From NCBI GenBank assembly GCA_951406725.2, contig OX597818.1:75454001-75518000 (forward strand): a stretch of DNA of 64,000 bases, given 5' to 3'. A model generated the notes under the pieces. It saw only the letters and a list, made by a program, of their open reading frames with translations. It was not told the origin of the DNA and made no database searches. A program made the position numbers and the translations under genes. This stretch comes from Octopus vulgaris. Lineage: Eukaryota. Below, piece after piece: positions 29,864 through 43,662 of this stretch (position 1 is its first letter; each line of letters starts with the position of its first letter).

Positions 29864-30189
29864 ATGGGAAAGACAACGAGGGAGAAAATCGATCGCACGT
29901 CGGATAAAATGCTTAGCGGCATTTCTTCTGGCTTTTTATGGTTTAAGTCCAAACTTCACCGAAGCTAACTTTGGCTTTCATCCCTTCATCATTGATATAA
30001 TAAAACTACCAGTCAAGTTCTTGGATCGATGTAATCGACTTGCCCCCCACATACACACACACACAGACACCTCAGTATTGCTTGCCTTGAACCGGTATCC
30101 TGTTCAGAGTGGAAGGTTGTGATCTCGGTCGCTTATAGGCCATGGAAACCGGGTAACAAGCTTTATGGTTCCTCGGGCTCAAGAAAAAT

Positions 30190-30790
30190 AAACAAAAAAT
30201 ATAGAATGGGTTCTGAATGTCTCATGTATATTAAAGATTAGCTTCACCACATCATCGAATACGTATGGTTTAGACAAGTTTACTTTAACTGTTAACCACT
30301 GTTGAAATACGGTGAATATTGCTGTTTCGTTTACTGAGACTATAATTCCAAGCTTATAATCAAAAATGTTCGGGAAGTTCAAACAATCTCGACATTTATT
30401 CGAACTTCATATCTAATAGTACATAATCCAAACTTTTCGGGCGGTAGAGTATGATCTTGAGATGAAATTGGCTGGGGTTTTTTTCCAGCACATGAAGAAT
30501 CGCTTTTGAGTCGTTATAAACTTATTATTTCTGTTTGAGATTTGGTTACTATTCCTACCAAATCGTGTGACCACATGGCTGTCATTATTTCTGAATGGTT
30601 CCATATTGTTACTCTCCAATATCATTGTATGTTATTAAGATGAATAGACCTTCTCGTAAACGCCGACATTGACGAAATTACTGATTGGTGATATCGTCTG
30701 CGTTCTCATACATATATTATCAGAGCAGATGACCTCTTCTGGAGTGTAGTTAAAAAATTTTACTTCTCTTATATATGTCCACTTGTCAAG
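30190..30790 (-). pseudogene. Possible highly decayed Penelope-like RT relic
   Basis: Minus-strand fragments IFDYKLGIIVSVNE and VNVGVYE weakly parallel PLE RT motifs. Many stops. Confidence 0.3.
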
Positions 30791-31156
30791 ATAATTTGGT
30801 ATATAACTATAAATCTAATTAAAAACTGAATATGAGCTATGGGCTCCTGAATAAGGGCATTTACTACCCTTGATTTAGAAATCAAGGTTTTAGGCTCAAA
30901 TCCAGAAATATGCCACCTAATGATGATGAACAGAAATCAAACCCATTTAAGCGTGTAAATACATATAGTTGTAAATATTGAAATAATGCTTCGTATTTTA
31001 AAATTGGGGTTAATCTTCCAACCAAATTGAAATCTTTTTAATTATAACGCTGCATAGAGCGGCCTTGTTACGATTCAACAAACTGTGCCGGTTAAGTGAT
31101 GGTGTTGACAGGAACAGAGGTGCCTGTTATGGTGATGATGTTCTTGCTATTTTTGA

Positions 31157-31358
31157 TGGTGGTGGTGGTGGCGGCGGCGGTGACGGCGGAGGCGGCGGTG
31201 ACGGCGGAGGCGGCGGTGACGGCGGAGGCGGCGGTGACGGCGGAGGCGGCGGTGACGGCGGAGGCGGCGGTGACGGCGGAGGCGGCGGAGGCGGCGGTGA
31301 CGGCGGAGGCGGCGGCGGCGGCGGCGGCGGTGGTAGCGGCGGTGGCGGCAGTGGTGGT
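31157..31358 (+). repeat. GC-rich 18-bp minisatellite (GGTGACGGCGGAGGCGGC)n embedded in (GGC/GGT)n
   Basis: About 6 near-identical units. A related (GGT)n(GGC)n tract lies at 31875-31985. Confidence 0.9.
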
Positions 31359-32089
31359 GAAGAACAAAATGGTAATGGCATTGTGTGTGGTAATGAAAAA
31401 TGAATATATGAAGAAAAAGCAAAATAAGGTAGTAGTAGTCTCTCTTTCTCTGTGTGTGTGTGTGTGTGTGTGCGCGCGAGCGTTTGTGTGTGTATGTGTG
31501 TGTGTGTATGTGTGTGCATGTGCGTGTGCGTTTGTATGTGTCTGTGAGTGGGGGGGTTACGTGTGAAAGAAATCCCTGTGTGTTTCGCCAGTTGATTTCA
31601 TGCTTGATTGAACCAAGTCAGGTGGAAGTGTTGTGACTTGATAAGACAAGGTCTACTGACTGTGAAGTAGCGCAGGGTTGTACAAGTATAAGGGTGTATG
31701 GGTGAGAGCTATTATGTGAGAGTTTAGGGTGTAGTGGTGTATGGATGCATCGGTACAATGGTGTGGGGTACGTAGAAGTGTAAGCGGTGCAATCTAATTA
31801 ATGAAATTATAATTAAATCGATGTTTGCAAAGTCAAAGATAAGGAGAATATGGCATTATGTGTTACTAAATCTGTGGTGGTTGTGGTGGTGGTGGTGGTG
31901 GTGGTGGTGGTGGTGGTGGTGGTGGCGGCGGCGGTGGCAGCGGCGGTGGCAGCGGCGGCGGCGGCGGCGGTGGCAGCGGCGGTTTTTGGTAGTGGTGATA
32001 ATGGAGCGGTGATTGTGATGGCGGCAGTAGCATCAGCATCGGCATAGAAGAGCATCGGAGGTGATGGAGTCTCGGCGGCATAGGACATC

Positions 32090-33130
32090 GATGTTCCCTA
32101 ATCTAGATACAAGACCAGCAGGTTTGATCGGAAAGGTCAGTCGATACTATCAACCCCTATACATGACTGGTATTTTATCACATAGACCCCGAAAGGATGT
32201 AAAGTTGACTTCGGTGATATTTGAACTCAAGACGTAAAGAATCGGAAGAAATACTGCGAAGTATTTTCACTGATGTTTTAACGATCCTGCCATTTCCCTA
32301 CTCCTTACATAATCCATTCTACTTATATTCTTTTACTTGATTCTGTAGTTGGACTCTGGCCATAGTGGGGCACCGCTTTGAAGTACTTGGGCGAATATAT
32401 TGACTGTTCATAAGAGTTGGTCGATAATGAGGAACCACTTCAATACGCTATCAATTTCACCTCTAAGAGAGTTGAATGACAAAAACAAAATATAATATCG
32501 GATTAATTTCTAACCGTTGACAGAACATCGTAAATTATACTTTCAGTTTATTGTTCCGATTCTCTTGGTCTGGATTAAAATCCCAACGAGGTCAACTTTA
32601 AATTTCTTTCACCAATTAACTTAGCCTGAAATTTTGGAGGCGAGGGCTAGTCAATTACGTCGCCCCCAGTGCTCAAATGGTACTTATTTCATCGACCCTG
32701 AATAATAATTCTTTCTAATTTATTAGTGAGGGCAGAGCCTGCAATTTTTATGGGAGGTAATTAATTGATGCAATCAATTGTTGAACTTTGTTTGGTTGTC
32801 CGATTTATATTTTTAGTTTAATTCCCACCAAGGTCAACCTTGCTTTTTATACTTTTAAAATCGGTTGGTTAAATCAACAACCAAACAAAATACAGCGCGA
32901 TAATGATTTTGCAACTCGAATAGTAATAATGGTAACGATGATGATGATTCTTTCAAGTTTTGGCACAAGGGTAGCAATTTTGAGGGGATGGGTAAGTCGA
33001 TCACATCGACCATTGTACTTAATTGGGACTTTATTTTATCGATCCTAGAGGAATGAAAAACCAAATTAACTTCGGTGGAATGTGAACTCAGACCGTAAAG
33101 AGCCGGAAGAAATAACGTTAAGCATCACGT
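32090..33130. mobile_element. Patch of old SINE fragments (family B and family A tail) in both orientations
   Basis: Family B cores at ~32110-32300 (-), 32625-32700 (-), 32810-32860 (+) and 32955-33125 (-). Family A tail at ~32325-32400 (-). Confidence 0.65.
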
Positions 33131-33169
33131 CTAGATTTCAAGATTACACACAATTTTCGCAAATTTCCT

Positions 33170-34665
33170 CATTTTTCAGAAAAATACATTGTTTACCTGT
33201 AAAATTTAATAAAAAGCATCGCGCACTTGATAACTGGGAAATATCAACCGAGCCCGAGGAAGTCACAGATAATCCGGATTACTTCGGCACAAACTCATCA
33301 GATCCACAGCTATTTGATCAAATTGAAGTCAGTGGTTTGTTATCGGACTTACACTATCAAAAGAATCTGCAGAAGTTCTTGCGGCTCGATTAAAGGAAGA
33401 AAGCCTCCTCAAAAAGGGAATCAAAATCACCTTCTACCGCACTAAGGATACTGAATTTGTTCCGTTCTTCACAGAAAATGATTAGCTAGTGCATTGCATA
33501 AACACCGAGAGACTACTTCAGAGGAGGTAATTAGCGGAAAATGATGCAAGTGATGCACACCTTTATATTGATAGCTCGAAAAATAGTTTGAAATGTGTTC
33601 TGCTTCATAAGAGAAAATATTGGCCTCTGTTCCAGTTGTACTCTCTACAAACCCAGCAGAGAAATATGAACTTGTGAAAACAGTGCTAGAGAAATTTAAG
33701 TACCACAATCATCAGTAGATGATATGCGTGGACTTTAAGATGGTCAATTTTATCCTGAGGCAACAAAGTGGATACATCGAATATCCATGCATTTTTATGT
33801 ATGAGAGAGCCAGGAGAAAACATTGGGGGATCAAAGGATGGCCACAAAGAACATCAGTTCCAGGGTTATTTAATGTAGTTGAAGAGCCTTTAGTTCAACT
33901 GGCTAAAATCATCCAACCTCCTGTCCCTATCTAACTTGGCATAGATAAACGATTCTTTCACTATATCTATTTCCCAGTTTGAGCAGTGAAAACATAAAAG
34001 CTGGAGTATTTGACGGGCCTCAAATCAGAAAATTTATGAAAGATGGAAACTTTGTAAATTCAATTAAATAAATTGAAACAGATGCATAGAATTCATTTGT
34101 AAAAGTTGTATATGACTTTCTTGGCAACAAGAAAGCAACTATGAAGAAAAAGTTGAAAACATACTGGAGAACTTTTAAAAGTTGGGAGCAAATATGAGAA
34201 TAAAGTGATCACGTGATATCTACAGTTACTTTGCTATATTCCCTGAAAATCCTGGTAATACAAGTAATGAGCAGCGATGTTTCCATCAAGACATGAAATC
34301 AATGAAACAAAGTATCAAGGCAAAATAGAACTTGCATATGATGGCAAACTATTGCTGGTACTTGTCTCGTGATCTTCCTGAAGTTCGGCACTCAAGACAA
34401 TCATCCAAACGCAAACTCATGGGAAATTAAACATAAACAATTATATAATTTGTCTCTAGAAATTTTAAGATTTGTAACTAGTCTTTCAATAGAATGTCTT
34501 TAGAAAACATTCTGATTTTGAAGAAAAACCAATTTTTAATGTTTGTTTGTATGTTATACCTCGTTCCTCATAAACAGTTTTATCGAGAAAAAAAAACAAT
34601 GGAATTCTATGGATCCGGTGATTATAATACATGGGTGTCATTTTCGGATTCTGTGTTTAAAAAAG
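33170..34665 (+). mobile_element. Decayed CMC-superfamily (Chapaev3-like) DNA transposase
   Basis: Across frames: PQLFDQ..LSKESAEVLAARLKE, YIDSSKNSLKCVLLH, ICVDFKMV..QQSGY..YPC, PLV..IIQPPVPI.LG, IKAGVFDGPQIRKFMKD, EQ..FHQDMK, MMANYCW. Family assignment is from memory of this motif series. Confidence 0.75.
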
Positions 34666-34674
34666 CCTCTAGTT

Positions 34675-35385
34675 CAGGTCCAAGTCTTTTGACAATAAAG
34701 AAAATTTTATTGATGGCCAGAGCTATAGCTACTCATGAACAAGCCATTAAGACGAATATGGTAAAGGCAAAGATCGTCAAAACTCAATCATATGGCAAAT
34801 ATAGAATCTGCAGGAAAAGAGATGTAAGTATCATTCCTCTCTTGAGTGAGCGCAGCAAGCTAGCACAAAAAGAGTATAAGAGTTGGCATAACTGTGTAGG
34901 TACGAGTGCATTGGGCTGTTAGCCAACCGTGTGGCTTCGAAATAACAGTGAAGTGACATGAACACAACCAGAGGCTGTAGCAGAGAATGAGTATAACAGG
35001 GTTTTATGGACTGCCACATAAAGACTATTTAAGCAAGACCAGGTATGATTACAAAGACAAAATAAACAGTGTAATATTATAGACTTTGAAAATCGCTGTG
35101 ATAGCAGATTCGATATCAAAGAACTTGAAAAATTAAGAAACACCAGGATCTAACCAGAAAGCTAAAGACACTGTGGAAGACTAAGACAACAACTCTTCCT
35201 GTAGTAATTGGTGTACTTGGCACAACACCCAAGAATTGGAATTGAAACTCGCATTGTCGACTGCAGAAAAGAACCAGCCTGTATTCTGCAAGAATCCTAC
35301 GAATGATTCTTGAGATTTGGTGGGAGAATTGTTGTCACCAAACCTTAAGACAATATTCCTGTTAATTGAATTAGCATGTACTATC
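34675..35385 (+). mobile_element. R4/Dong-like LINE 3' part (CCHC knuckle + restriction-like endonuclease), decayed
   Basis: HEQAIKTNMVKAKIVKTQ..KYRICRKRD...SKLAQKEYK.WH; RPGMI..CNIIDF; LPVVIGVLG; SARILRMIL. Ends at a (GAT)n tract. Confidence 0.8.
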
Positions 35386-35386
35386 T

Positions 35387-35415
<29 letters not shown>

Positions 35416-35419
<4 letters not shown>

Positions 35420-35945
35420 CTTTTATTTGCCACGGGGATATCGAATGAGGAGTGCATTACATAAAAGATGAGGAGAGAGAAAGAGAGGGGGTAAAATTAG
35501 ATAAATGTATACATAATATACAAAGTATGAGCCCACATGAATGATACAGTCCTCCTGTTGCAGGAGAACCTTGGGCTGTTGCTAATCAGACAACCCCACA
35601 GTTCCAGAATTAGCCTGGAGCCCTTGCCCACTGTTTTTTTCCAATCCTCAAACGCATGCTTAGAGTATGTCCATTCACCCTAACCATTTCTAGCAATAGG
35701 AGAGAGTACTTCCCTCACCACTCACACTTTTCTTTCTAAATTGAACTTTAAAAAGCCTCAGCGAAGGGGAAAGTGTCTTTCCTCAATCCTTTCAGCTTCG
35801 TCCAGCGTACAACCTCTTTCGCCACAGCCTCGACAAAGAAATACCACCTGCCCTGCCTTGTTAAAGGTAAGTGGTTGCGGGGTGATCCTCCCAATGGACT
35901 CGGCCGATACAACACAACAGTTTTTAAACACGCGGCATGCCTCGG
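35416..35945 (-). mobile_element. L1/Tx1-like LINE ORF2 C-terminus and 3' UTR
   Basis: AVAKEVVRWTKLKG...FLKFNLERKV..VREVLS on the minus strand. 3' tail CCCCGTGGCAAATAAAAGAAAT ends at (ATC)n. Confidence 0.6.
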
Positions 35946-36061
35946 TGGCGAGTTTTTGTAGATAATCATTTCTAGATAATTCTTGGCGAATAATGATATT
36001 GATGATATTGAGGATTGTGATGATGATGTTCGAGGTGGCCGTGTTGTTGTTATTGTTGCTG

Positions 36062-36093
<32 letters not shown>

Positions 36094-36627
36094 GGTGGTG
36101 GTGGTGGTGGTGTTGGTGGTGGTGGTGGTGGTGGTAGTGGTGGTTGTGACAGTTATGGTGGTGGTAGGGGTGTTTGTGATGATAATTTCAAAAGAAAATG
36201 GCTACAAAACACCCACTTTTACAAAGTAGTTATTTACACGAGACAGAAGCTATAATTTATTTGTGAATGTCATATTAGCGTGTAACTGGTGTGTATATAT
36301 ATATGAAAGCTCAGTAATTTGCTATTTTGTCGTTCTTATTAACAAACCGCCATTTTCAAGTATAATATTGCCGGTTTTTGTTTTTGATTTTTTTTTCGAA
36401 CCTTTTCTTGCTTTTGTTTTGAGTTGTTTGGAATGTTTTATGAATATTTTCTTTTTTTTTTTGCCTTTTCTTCATTGTTAAATTTTAGATCAGATAATTT
36501 TCTTTTAAATTACTCTCAGGAGGTGTGCATATTTTACATACAAACACACGCACTCACACACATATGTATTATATATATATATATGGATATATGTGCGTGT
36601 GTGTGTACACAGACAGATAGATAACTT

Positions 36628-36700
<73 letters not shown>

Positions 36701-36713
36701 GTAGGTAGGTAGG

Positions 36714-36781
<68 letters not shown>

Positions 36782-36846
36782 CACACAGACAAATAAATAG
36801 ACAGACACACAGACAGACAAATAGACAGACAGACAGACAGACAGAC

Positions 36847-36991
<145 letters not shown>

Positions 36992-37239
36992 TACTTGTGT
37001 GTGTGTTATTCGTGTTATTTGTTCCGACTCTTAGTGTTCTGAGTTCAATCCCGACATGGTCGACTTATGTGGTAGATTTCATACGTCGCCTAACTTAACA
37101 GACCACACCACCCGGCATCTTGTATATATTTTACCCGGAGCTTTCTATATATCAAGCATTTGAGCCATGTTTCAAGTTTGGAAGCAACGAATCATAGGCA
37201 CTGCCTTCTCTTTCGACTAAAAGATAAAATAGTGGGGGG

Positions 37240-37500
37240 GGGCTGCATGACTTTGCTGTTAGGGTGCTGTACTCAGGATCGCAAGATCATGGCTTCAATT
37301 CCCGGATCGGGCGGTGCATCGTGTTCTTGCACAAAACACTATATCTCATGTTGCTCTGCAATCACTTCGACAGTTGGCATATGGTACACCATGCACCTGT
37401 TCAAGCAACGTCAATTTGATGGAGGGAGTGAACTAATGTACAGTACATACATTTAATCACTATAAACAAATCGTTTGTGCAGGTTATTCAAAAAGAAAAT
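37240..37500 (+). mobile_element. tRNA-derived SINE, family C, diverged
   Basis: GTTAGGGTGCTGTACTCAGGATCGCAAGATCATGGCTTCAATTCCCGGATCGGGCGG head, homologous to the copy at 43663. Confidence 0.7.
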
Positions 37501-37529
37501 ACAGAGCTATTAGAGATTACCATATATTT

Positions 37530-37662
37530 CGATGTTTCTGACGAAGAGCTCCGCTCGAAACGTTAAATCCTCCTTCTTTCTTTCCTTTCCTGAGCATCCA
37601 GTAACACTATACTTGTTACACGTCCTCGCGTTGTTGTGTTTTCTCTTTGTTCATGTTTGGAT

Positions 37663-37666
<4 letters not shown>
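37530..37666 (+). mobile_element. Second, 5'-truncated copy of the hammerhead-bearing element (motif at 37534-37568)
   Basis: GTTTCTGACGAAGAGCTCCGCTCGAAACGTTAAA is identical to 930-963. Same 3' end followed by (TA)n. Confidence 0.75.
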
Positions 37667-37699
<33 letters not shown>

Positions 37700-37701
<2 letters not shown>

Positions 37702-37880
37702 CTTTTATTTCTTTTACTTGTTACTGGAGCACCGCCTTTAGTCGAACAAATCGACTCCAGAATTTATTCTTTGTAAGGCTAGTACTTATTTTATCGACTC
37801 ATTTGCTGAACCGCTACGTTACGGGGATATAAACACGCCAACATCGGTTTACAAGCGATGGTGGGGGACAAAAACAAACA
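37700..37880 (-). mobile_element. SINE family A, 3' half
   Basis: CTTTTACTTGTT..GGAGCACCGCCTTTAGTCGAACAAATCGAC.. Confidence 0.85.
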
Positions 37881-37934
37881 TACAAATACAAGCATATATA
37901 TGTGTATATACATATATATGTTTGTGTGTGTATA

Positions 37935-37973
<39 letters not shown>

Positions 37974-38039
37974 TATATATGTATATGTGTATATGTATAT
38001 GTGTATATATGTGTGTGTGTGTGTGTAGTCGGTCCATTA

Positions 38040-38180
38040 TCGATTTTTATTAAAATTCAATTAGCCTATAATTGAACTGGATGTTAGTTCAACATGTATA
38101 CAAAGTTTGGTGAGGATTGGTTCCCTTTTTGGGCACAAGACAGACGGACTGACAGTAAGAAATTGCCGTTTATATATACA
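38040..38180 (-). mobile_element. Non-autonomous Helitron-like 5' fragment
   Basis: Minus strand TATATATAAACGGCAATT..CTGTCAGTCCGTCTGTC..CCAATCCTCACCAAACTTT resembles common Helitron 5' ends. Confidence 0.45.
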
Positions 38181-40458
38181 TACAAACACACACACACACA
38201 TAAATGTTTGAACATATACACACATATATATACATGCATACATACCTGCCCACACATACACATACACGCTTGCACACACAGACACACATACACACACGCG
38301 ATTGCTATGAGGAGTTACTCGTTGTTCTACGACCTTAAGTATATTTTTTTATTGATATTTATATGGAGAACAGGGAAATCTCGTCGTGTAATCTCACTTC
38401 TGCTAGCTTGGTCAATAACTAACACAGGATAATAAAGTGACAGACCATTAAAAAGTCATTCTGTACAACCAATTCCATTCTTGGAAGTTACAAAGAGGAG
38501 AACTCTCAGATATAAAAAAAATAAGGTGAAGATAACTATAAACATTTTAACATCTGTTTCATAATGATCCGATGATTATCATGTTAGTCATGCGAAATTG
38601 GAAGCATACATGCATGTATAACTAGAGAATTGGAAGATAAATGGGAAGAACTTGCTAGTTTTATGTGCAAAATACGTAAAATTAATGCTTAAAACAGCGT
38701 CATAAAACAATAATCAAATAATCATTGTTCCGATTTCCAAAGCCTCATTTTTCAAATGGCACGTTGGAATCTTAATCTTTTTTTCTTTTTTTTTTTCATT
38801 ATTAATCCTATTGTTATTTGAGTGTCGTGTGTTCACATGAATTTTAGTTAGAGGTAAATGCTTCGAGAAAGTGATCTATTTTTCTTCTGCATATTTTTAT
38901 AACGAGGTGTTTGATAAAATATAATTTGAAATTTCAAAAACTACATTTATAAAACTAGTATGATAAAATAAATTTAAAAAGTGAACTTTAATTACATGGT
39001 TATTATCAAGTTCGCAGAAACACGGGCTTTCGGTGGAAGGAATGTAACCCTTATAGTTTAATGCTTTGTATCCAGCACTCAAACAATTGCACATTCTGTT
39101 TCTTGTTCAATATTATAGAATTTGTAACTGAAAAAATGTTTTAACTGAATAAGGTGATGAAAAAAGGCTGAGGAGCGATTTAGCAAGAATTTTATTAAGG
39201 ACCTGAATGTTAACCGTACAACTAGAAAGAGTGGTTACTGATTTAGACACATGACCTGAATTTTAAGGGGAAGAAGTAAGTCGATACTAACTCCGAATGT
39301 ATGAAAAGTAAAGTTGGCCTCAACGGGATTCGAACTCAGAGCGTAACAGCCTGAACAAATACTGCAACAGCATTTTTGCCGACGCTCTAATGGTTCAGCA
39401 ACAATTCATTCTCTAGCATAGTATTCATGGCAAGAATTGGATTTAAATCTACGTAAAATGAAACATGAACACTGGAGTATTATCAGTACATCTCATTGAT
39501 GTTTGGCCCATTTAATTTCTGTACCTCTCCGTTGTGATAGCCAGTGCTGCATTGTGATGTCTCACTCAGTACTTCCCTCAGCGCTGTTTACCGACTTTTT
39601 TGCCAACATATACCAAACTTCTACTATCAAACAAACCTACAATAAATCCTCAGACTTTGAACTTCTGAGAGTGAAAAAGTGAATTTTCTGGTAACACACA
39701 ATATATTCTTTCACCATCTACTCCAAAATTTTCTTCCAGACTAAGGATAATCTCAAAGCTACTTCCAAATCTTTTTACTAATTTTTTTTTTTTTTTCTGC
39801 TTAAATTATGTAAAATCTAAGCGAATCTACTCATAACACCTCAGAATCACATCACATGACAAGACATAATTCGTAATTCTTACAAACTCAAATGCGATTT
39901 AATACTTTTGTAAATGACTCCTGATCATACATCGCCCATTGATTAACTGGGGGCGGGTTTAGTCAATCGGGAAACTATTAGTAATGTTGCGTTGGTTCAC
40001 GCATTGACTATACCGATATATTCTTGATCGTCACTCGCAATTGAGAATGACTTGGTTGCAAGTATCATGTTTTCGCTAATTGTACTTATGCTCATGTTGC
40101 CGTGTGCTAATACTATCGCTTCTCCGACACTTAACCCAGTAGAACATCCAAGATATAACTCCTGGAGTGAGAGAGTGTTCGTCAGTACTGAACTAGTATC
40201 TTATTTATCTGTTCAGAAAGGATGAAAGGCAAAGATTGTCTTAACGGGATTTAAACTCTGACTGCAGAGAGCTAGAACACAAATTACAACCACATACATG
40301 CTTGTCTACAAGCTTGCTTGCATGCATGCATACATACATACATACATGCATACATACATACATACATACATACATACATACATACATACATACATACATA
40401 CATACATACATACATACATACATACATACATACATACATACATACATACATACTTACA

Positions 40459-40516
<58 letters not shown>

Positions 40517-41102
40517 TAGGAGCGTGTGAGAGCCCATATTTGTTTTTTGGCTGAATGCTATGGGAACGAAAGTTCTTAGACAGCTCTGAAATGACCTGGC
40601 ATGTCCGTGAAGGTAAAATTAAGTGGAAACACTGGGTATAACGGTCCTGCGGCGTTTGGAGTTTGCTGTCTTTCACAAAATCGCTAAAGAGAATCCTACA
40701 ACTTGCACCGTTCTACGTTTATAAATGATGCATATAATTTATATAAGCACACACTTTATTAATCCTTCATTTAATTTTTTTAAATAAGTAATTCTCTTAT
40801 ATCTTCAAACTCACTCATTACATTTATATTCTTTTCCCTTACACACACACACACTTCCAAATTAGAATTTTATTGCAATACAACTGGCTATTTCCAATAA
40901 CCGTTACTTATAACAGCTTCATTTATATATATTTTTTTAATTTTTCATTATCTTCTCGTGTCATCTTTAAATGTTTCCTCACTAAAACACCCCGTTACTG
41001 CCCTATATAAAAAGCTTCTTCTCTATCCTACGTAATAATATGTTCTTTATTATTTACATTATTTACATTCGACGGATATTTGTCCTCATCTTGTTTGTTG
41101 TT

Positions 41103-41148
41103 AACACAACATTTTGGCTGATATACCCTTCAGCCTTCTTCAGGTGTC
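41103..41148 (-). ncRNA. Hammerhead-like motif, CpG-decayed, in a PLE pseudo-LTR-like repeat (~41045-41200)
   Basis: GACAC-CUGAAGA-a-GGCUGA(aggguaua)UCAGCC-AAAAUGU-U^-GUGUU. Stems I and II are intact. GAAACGUU appears as AAAAUGUU, explicable by two CpG transitions. Confidence 0.65.
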
Positions 41149-41195
41149 TTGGGGAAATTTCGAACCTGGGTTCTCATTCCTAAGGTATTCTTCGA

Positions 41196-41244
<49 letters not shown>

Positions 41245-41637
41245 GTTCAGGTCACTGCTTGGAAGCGAACTCGGAATCTTGGGGTTAGTAGCCCGCGTTC
41301 TTAACCACTACGCCATATGTAAATAATGTACATAATTCCTTATCTCTTAAATATAGAACTGTAATATGTTCTTTAGTTGCATTGCTTATTATCGATTCGC
41401 TGGTTTAGTATTTCTGTTACAATTCAAGAATATATTATATGGGTTCTTCCACTTCTTTTACATTTCCCTGAAGATGAATTTCAATAGTAGACACAAATTG
41501 TATTTTGCCACAAAACTATATAGATGTTTGTACGTTGTGTGTGTGTGTGTGTCTGTGCGTGTGTGTGTGTCTGAGTATGTGTGTGTGTGAATGTGCGTGT
41601 GTGTGCGCGTGTGTGTGGACGTGTGGACGTGGTGTGT

Positions 41638-41679
<42 letters not shown>

Positions 41680-42088
41680 ATGTGGTGTGTGTACGCGTGG
41701 GTGCGTAATGATGTATATTCTTAACGCTTCTGCTGTCATATTTGGTCATCGGAAAATGATGTACGTAAACATTTTCTCTCGTGTCATTAGTGGACTCTCA
41801 AACGCCTGTGTTTCGGTATGGTTGACCCCATTCAATGATGGACATCGCTCAAAAACAAGCGCTTTTATTTATAGAGAAAACCAACATAACATTTGCTGGA
41901 ATGTGCTAATGTAAAATAACATCTTTTAGCTATCCCTACGCGCTTATATTATTTATAATTATACCAAGACGTATGCCTGTATAGCTATATAGCTATATCA
42001 ATGGAGCTAATTGTAACTCTACATGAAATTATTGTCTACTTATAGATATATATTTGTAGCTGTAATTATGTACATACATATACATACA

Positions 42089-42173
<85 letters not shown>

Positions 42174-42653
42174 GTATGTATGTATATATGTAAATAATTA
42201 TATATGTAAATATATATCAATGTATGCATTTGTATATATGTGCGCATGTATACAAATATTTGTGTATATATGTAGATATGTATGTTGTTGTAGTTATATA
42301 TAGTTACTACTAAATGTAGCCACAACACTATATATATTTTATTTTTATTTTCTTACCTCTCACCCGTCTTCTCTTTAATTCATTCTATTTACTTAGTGTC
42401 TTCACAATATCTTACCCTAATTACATAATGTCCCTCACAACCCCAAACCGTCTATATTCTTTTTAAATGATTACATAATATCCCTCAATACCTATAACCG
42501 TCTATTTTTCAAACCATCATAGTCTTTTAGCATGATTTGATTAGCTTAATACCTACCCCTACTACCCCCTTGGACGTCCCATTTTTTTCTAACTTAATGT
42601 TTACATTAATTAGATATATGAATAAGCTCTCCTCATCTATCTTATTCAGTGCG

Positions 42654-42713
<60 letters not shown>

Positions 42714-43662
42714 GGCGTGCGCAATCATTCATTTTTTATATAAATCAAAAATAAATTTAGCAAAGCAATCTTATTTGTAACTACGTCAAAAAGTCTTCAA
42801 AATCATTGAAAACGAAACTAACTGGTTAATTTGCTTCGAAAAAGACTGTCATTATTGAAAACACCTCTAGATCCCGTTAAAAATAGCTTCGAAGTCATCC
42901 TTTTGTTAGTTCTTTCTAATTGGTGTCGCTGAAGACTGACCACACGGTTGAATGGATTTGACCGTTTGACATCAGTCTAAAAATAAAAGCCCTTCGAAAA
43001 TTCTTTGAAAATCAGATCGGCTCTGCCATTCAGGACCAAAGTTTTGCCAACGAGAACAAAATTATTTATTCTCTCTTTGATATTTAATTTATTGTTACAT
43101 TGCTGGACTTTTTTTCATTTGTCCCATGTAAGTTGAAATTTCTCCTTTTTGACCAATATTTTTCGTTGCTTCATTGATTTATCAAGATTATTTTGTTTTA
43201 TTCAGACTGACTTTTTAATTCGCATATTTTAATTCGCATATTTCTTTTATAAAACCTTTTGAACTTATGTCAATCGTATGTCAATTGAAAAAAGAGTTAC
43301 TTCAACAATTGATTAAAACAGAAGATTTCTGTGACAATATAATAAATATATTTGCCCTGAAAGATCGAAGAACTGAATTAATTTATAAATGAGTTATGTT
43401 AATAATTTTTTGTACATCTTTCTTAAAATTTTTAAAATCATTAAAACAGCGACCATCATGGGCTCGTTACGAAACTAATTTGGTTCTCTTGATTAAACAA
43501 TTTTAAAAAATAATCAGCTCAACCAATAAGTACGAGGGTGGGTTGAAACGTTCATAGGCTGACTATGAAGAAGTAATGCTAGAAATTTTGCATGCATTCA
43601 TTTCAACTCTACATATTAATAACTGCATTGTTTCCTTTGAGATAAACTAACATCTCACAGTT

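Noticed and set aside
31065-31566. Gly-rich or Ala-rich structural or antifreeze-like protein
   Set aside because: Open in most frames simply because GGC repeats lack stop codons. No ATG start, signal peptide or splice support.
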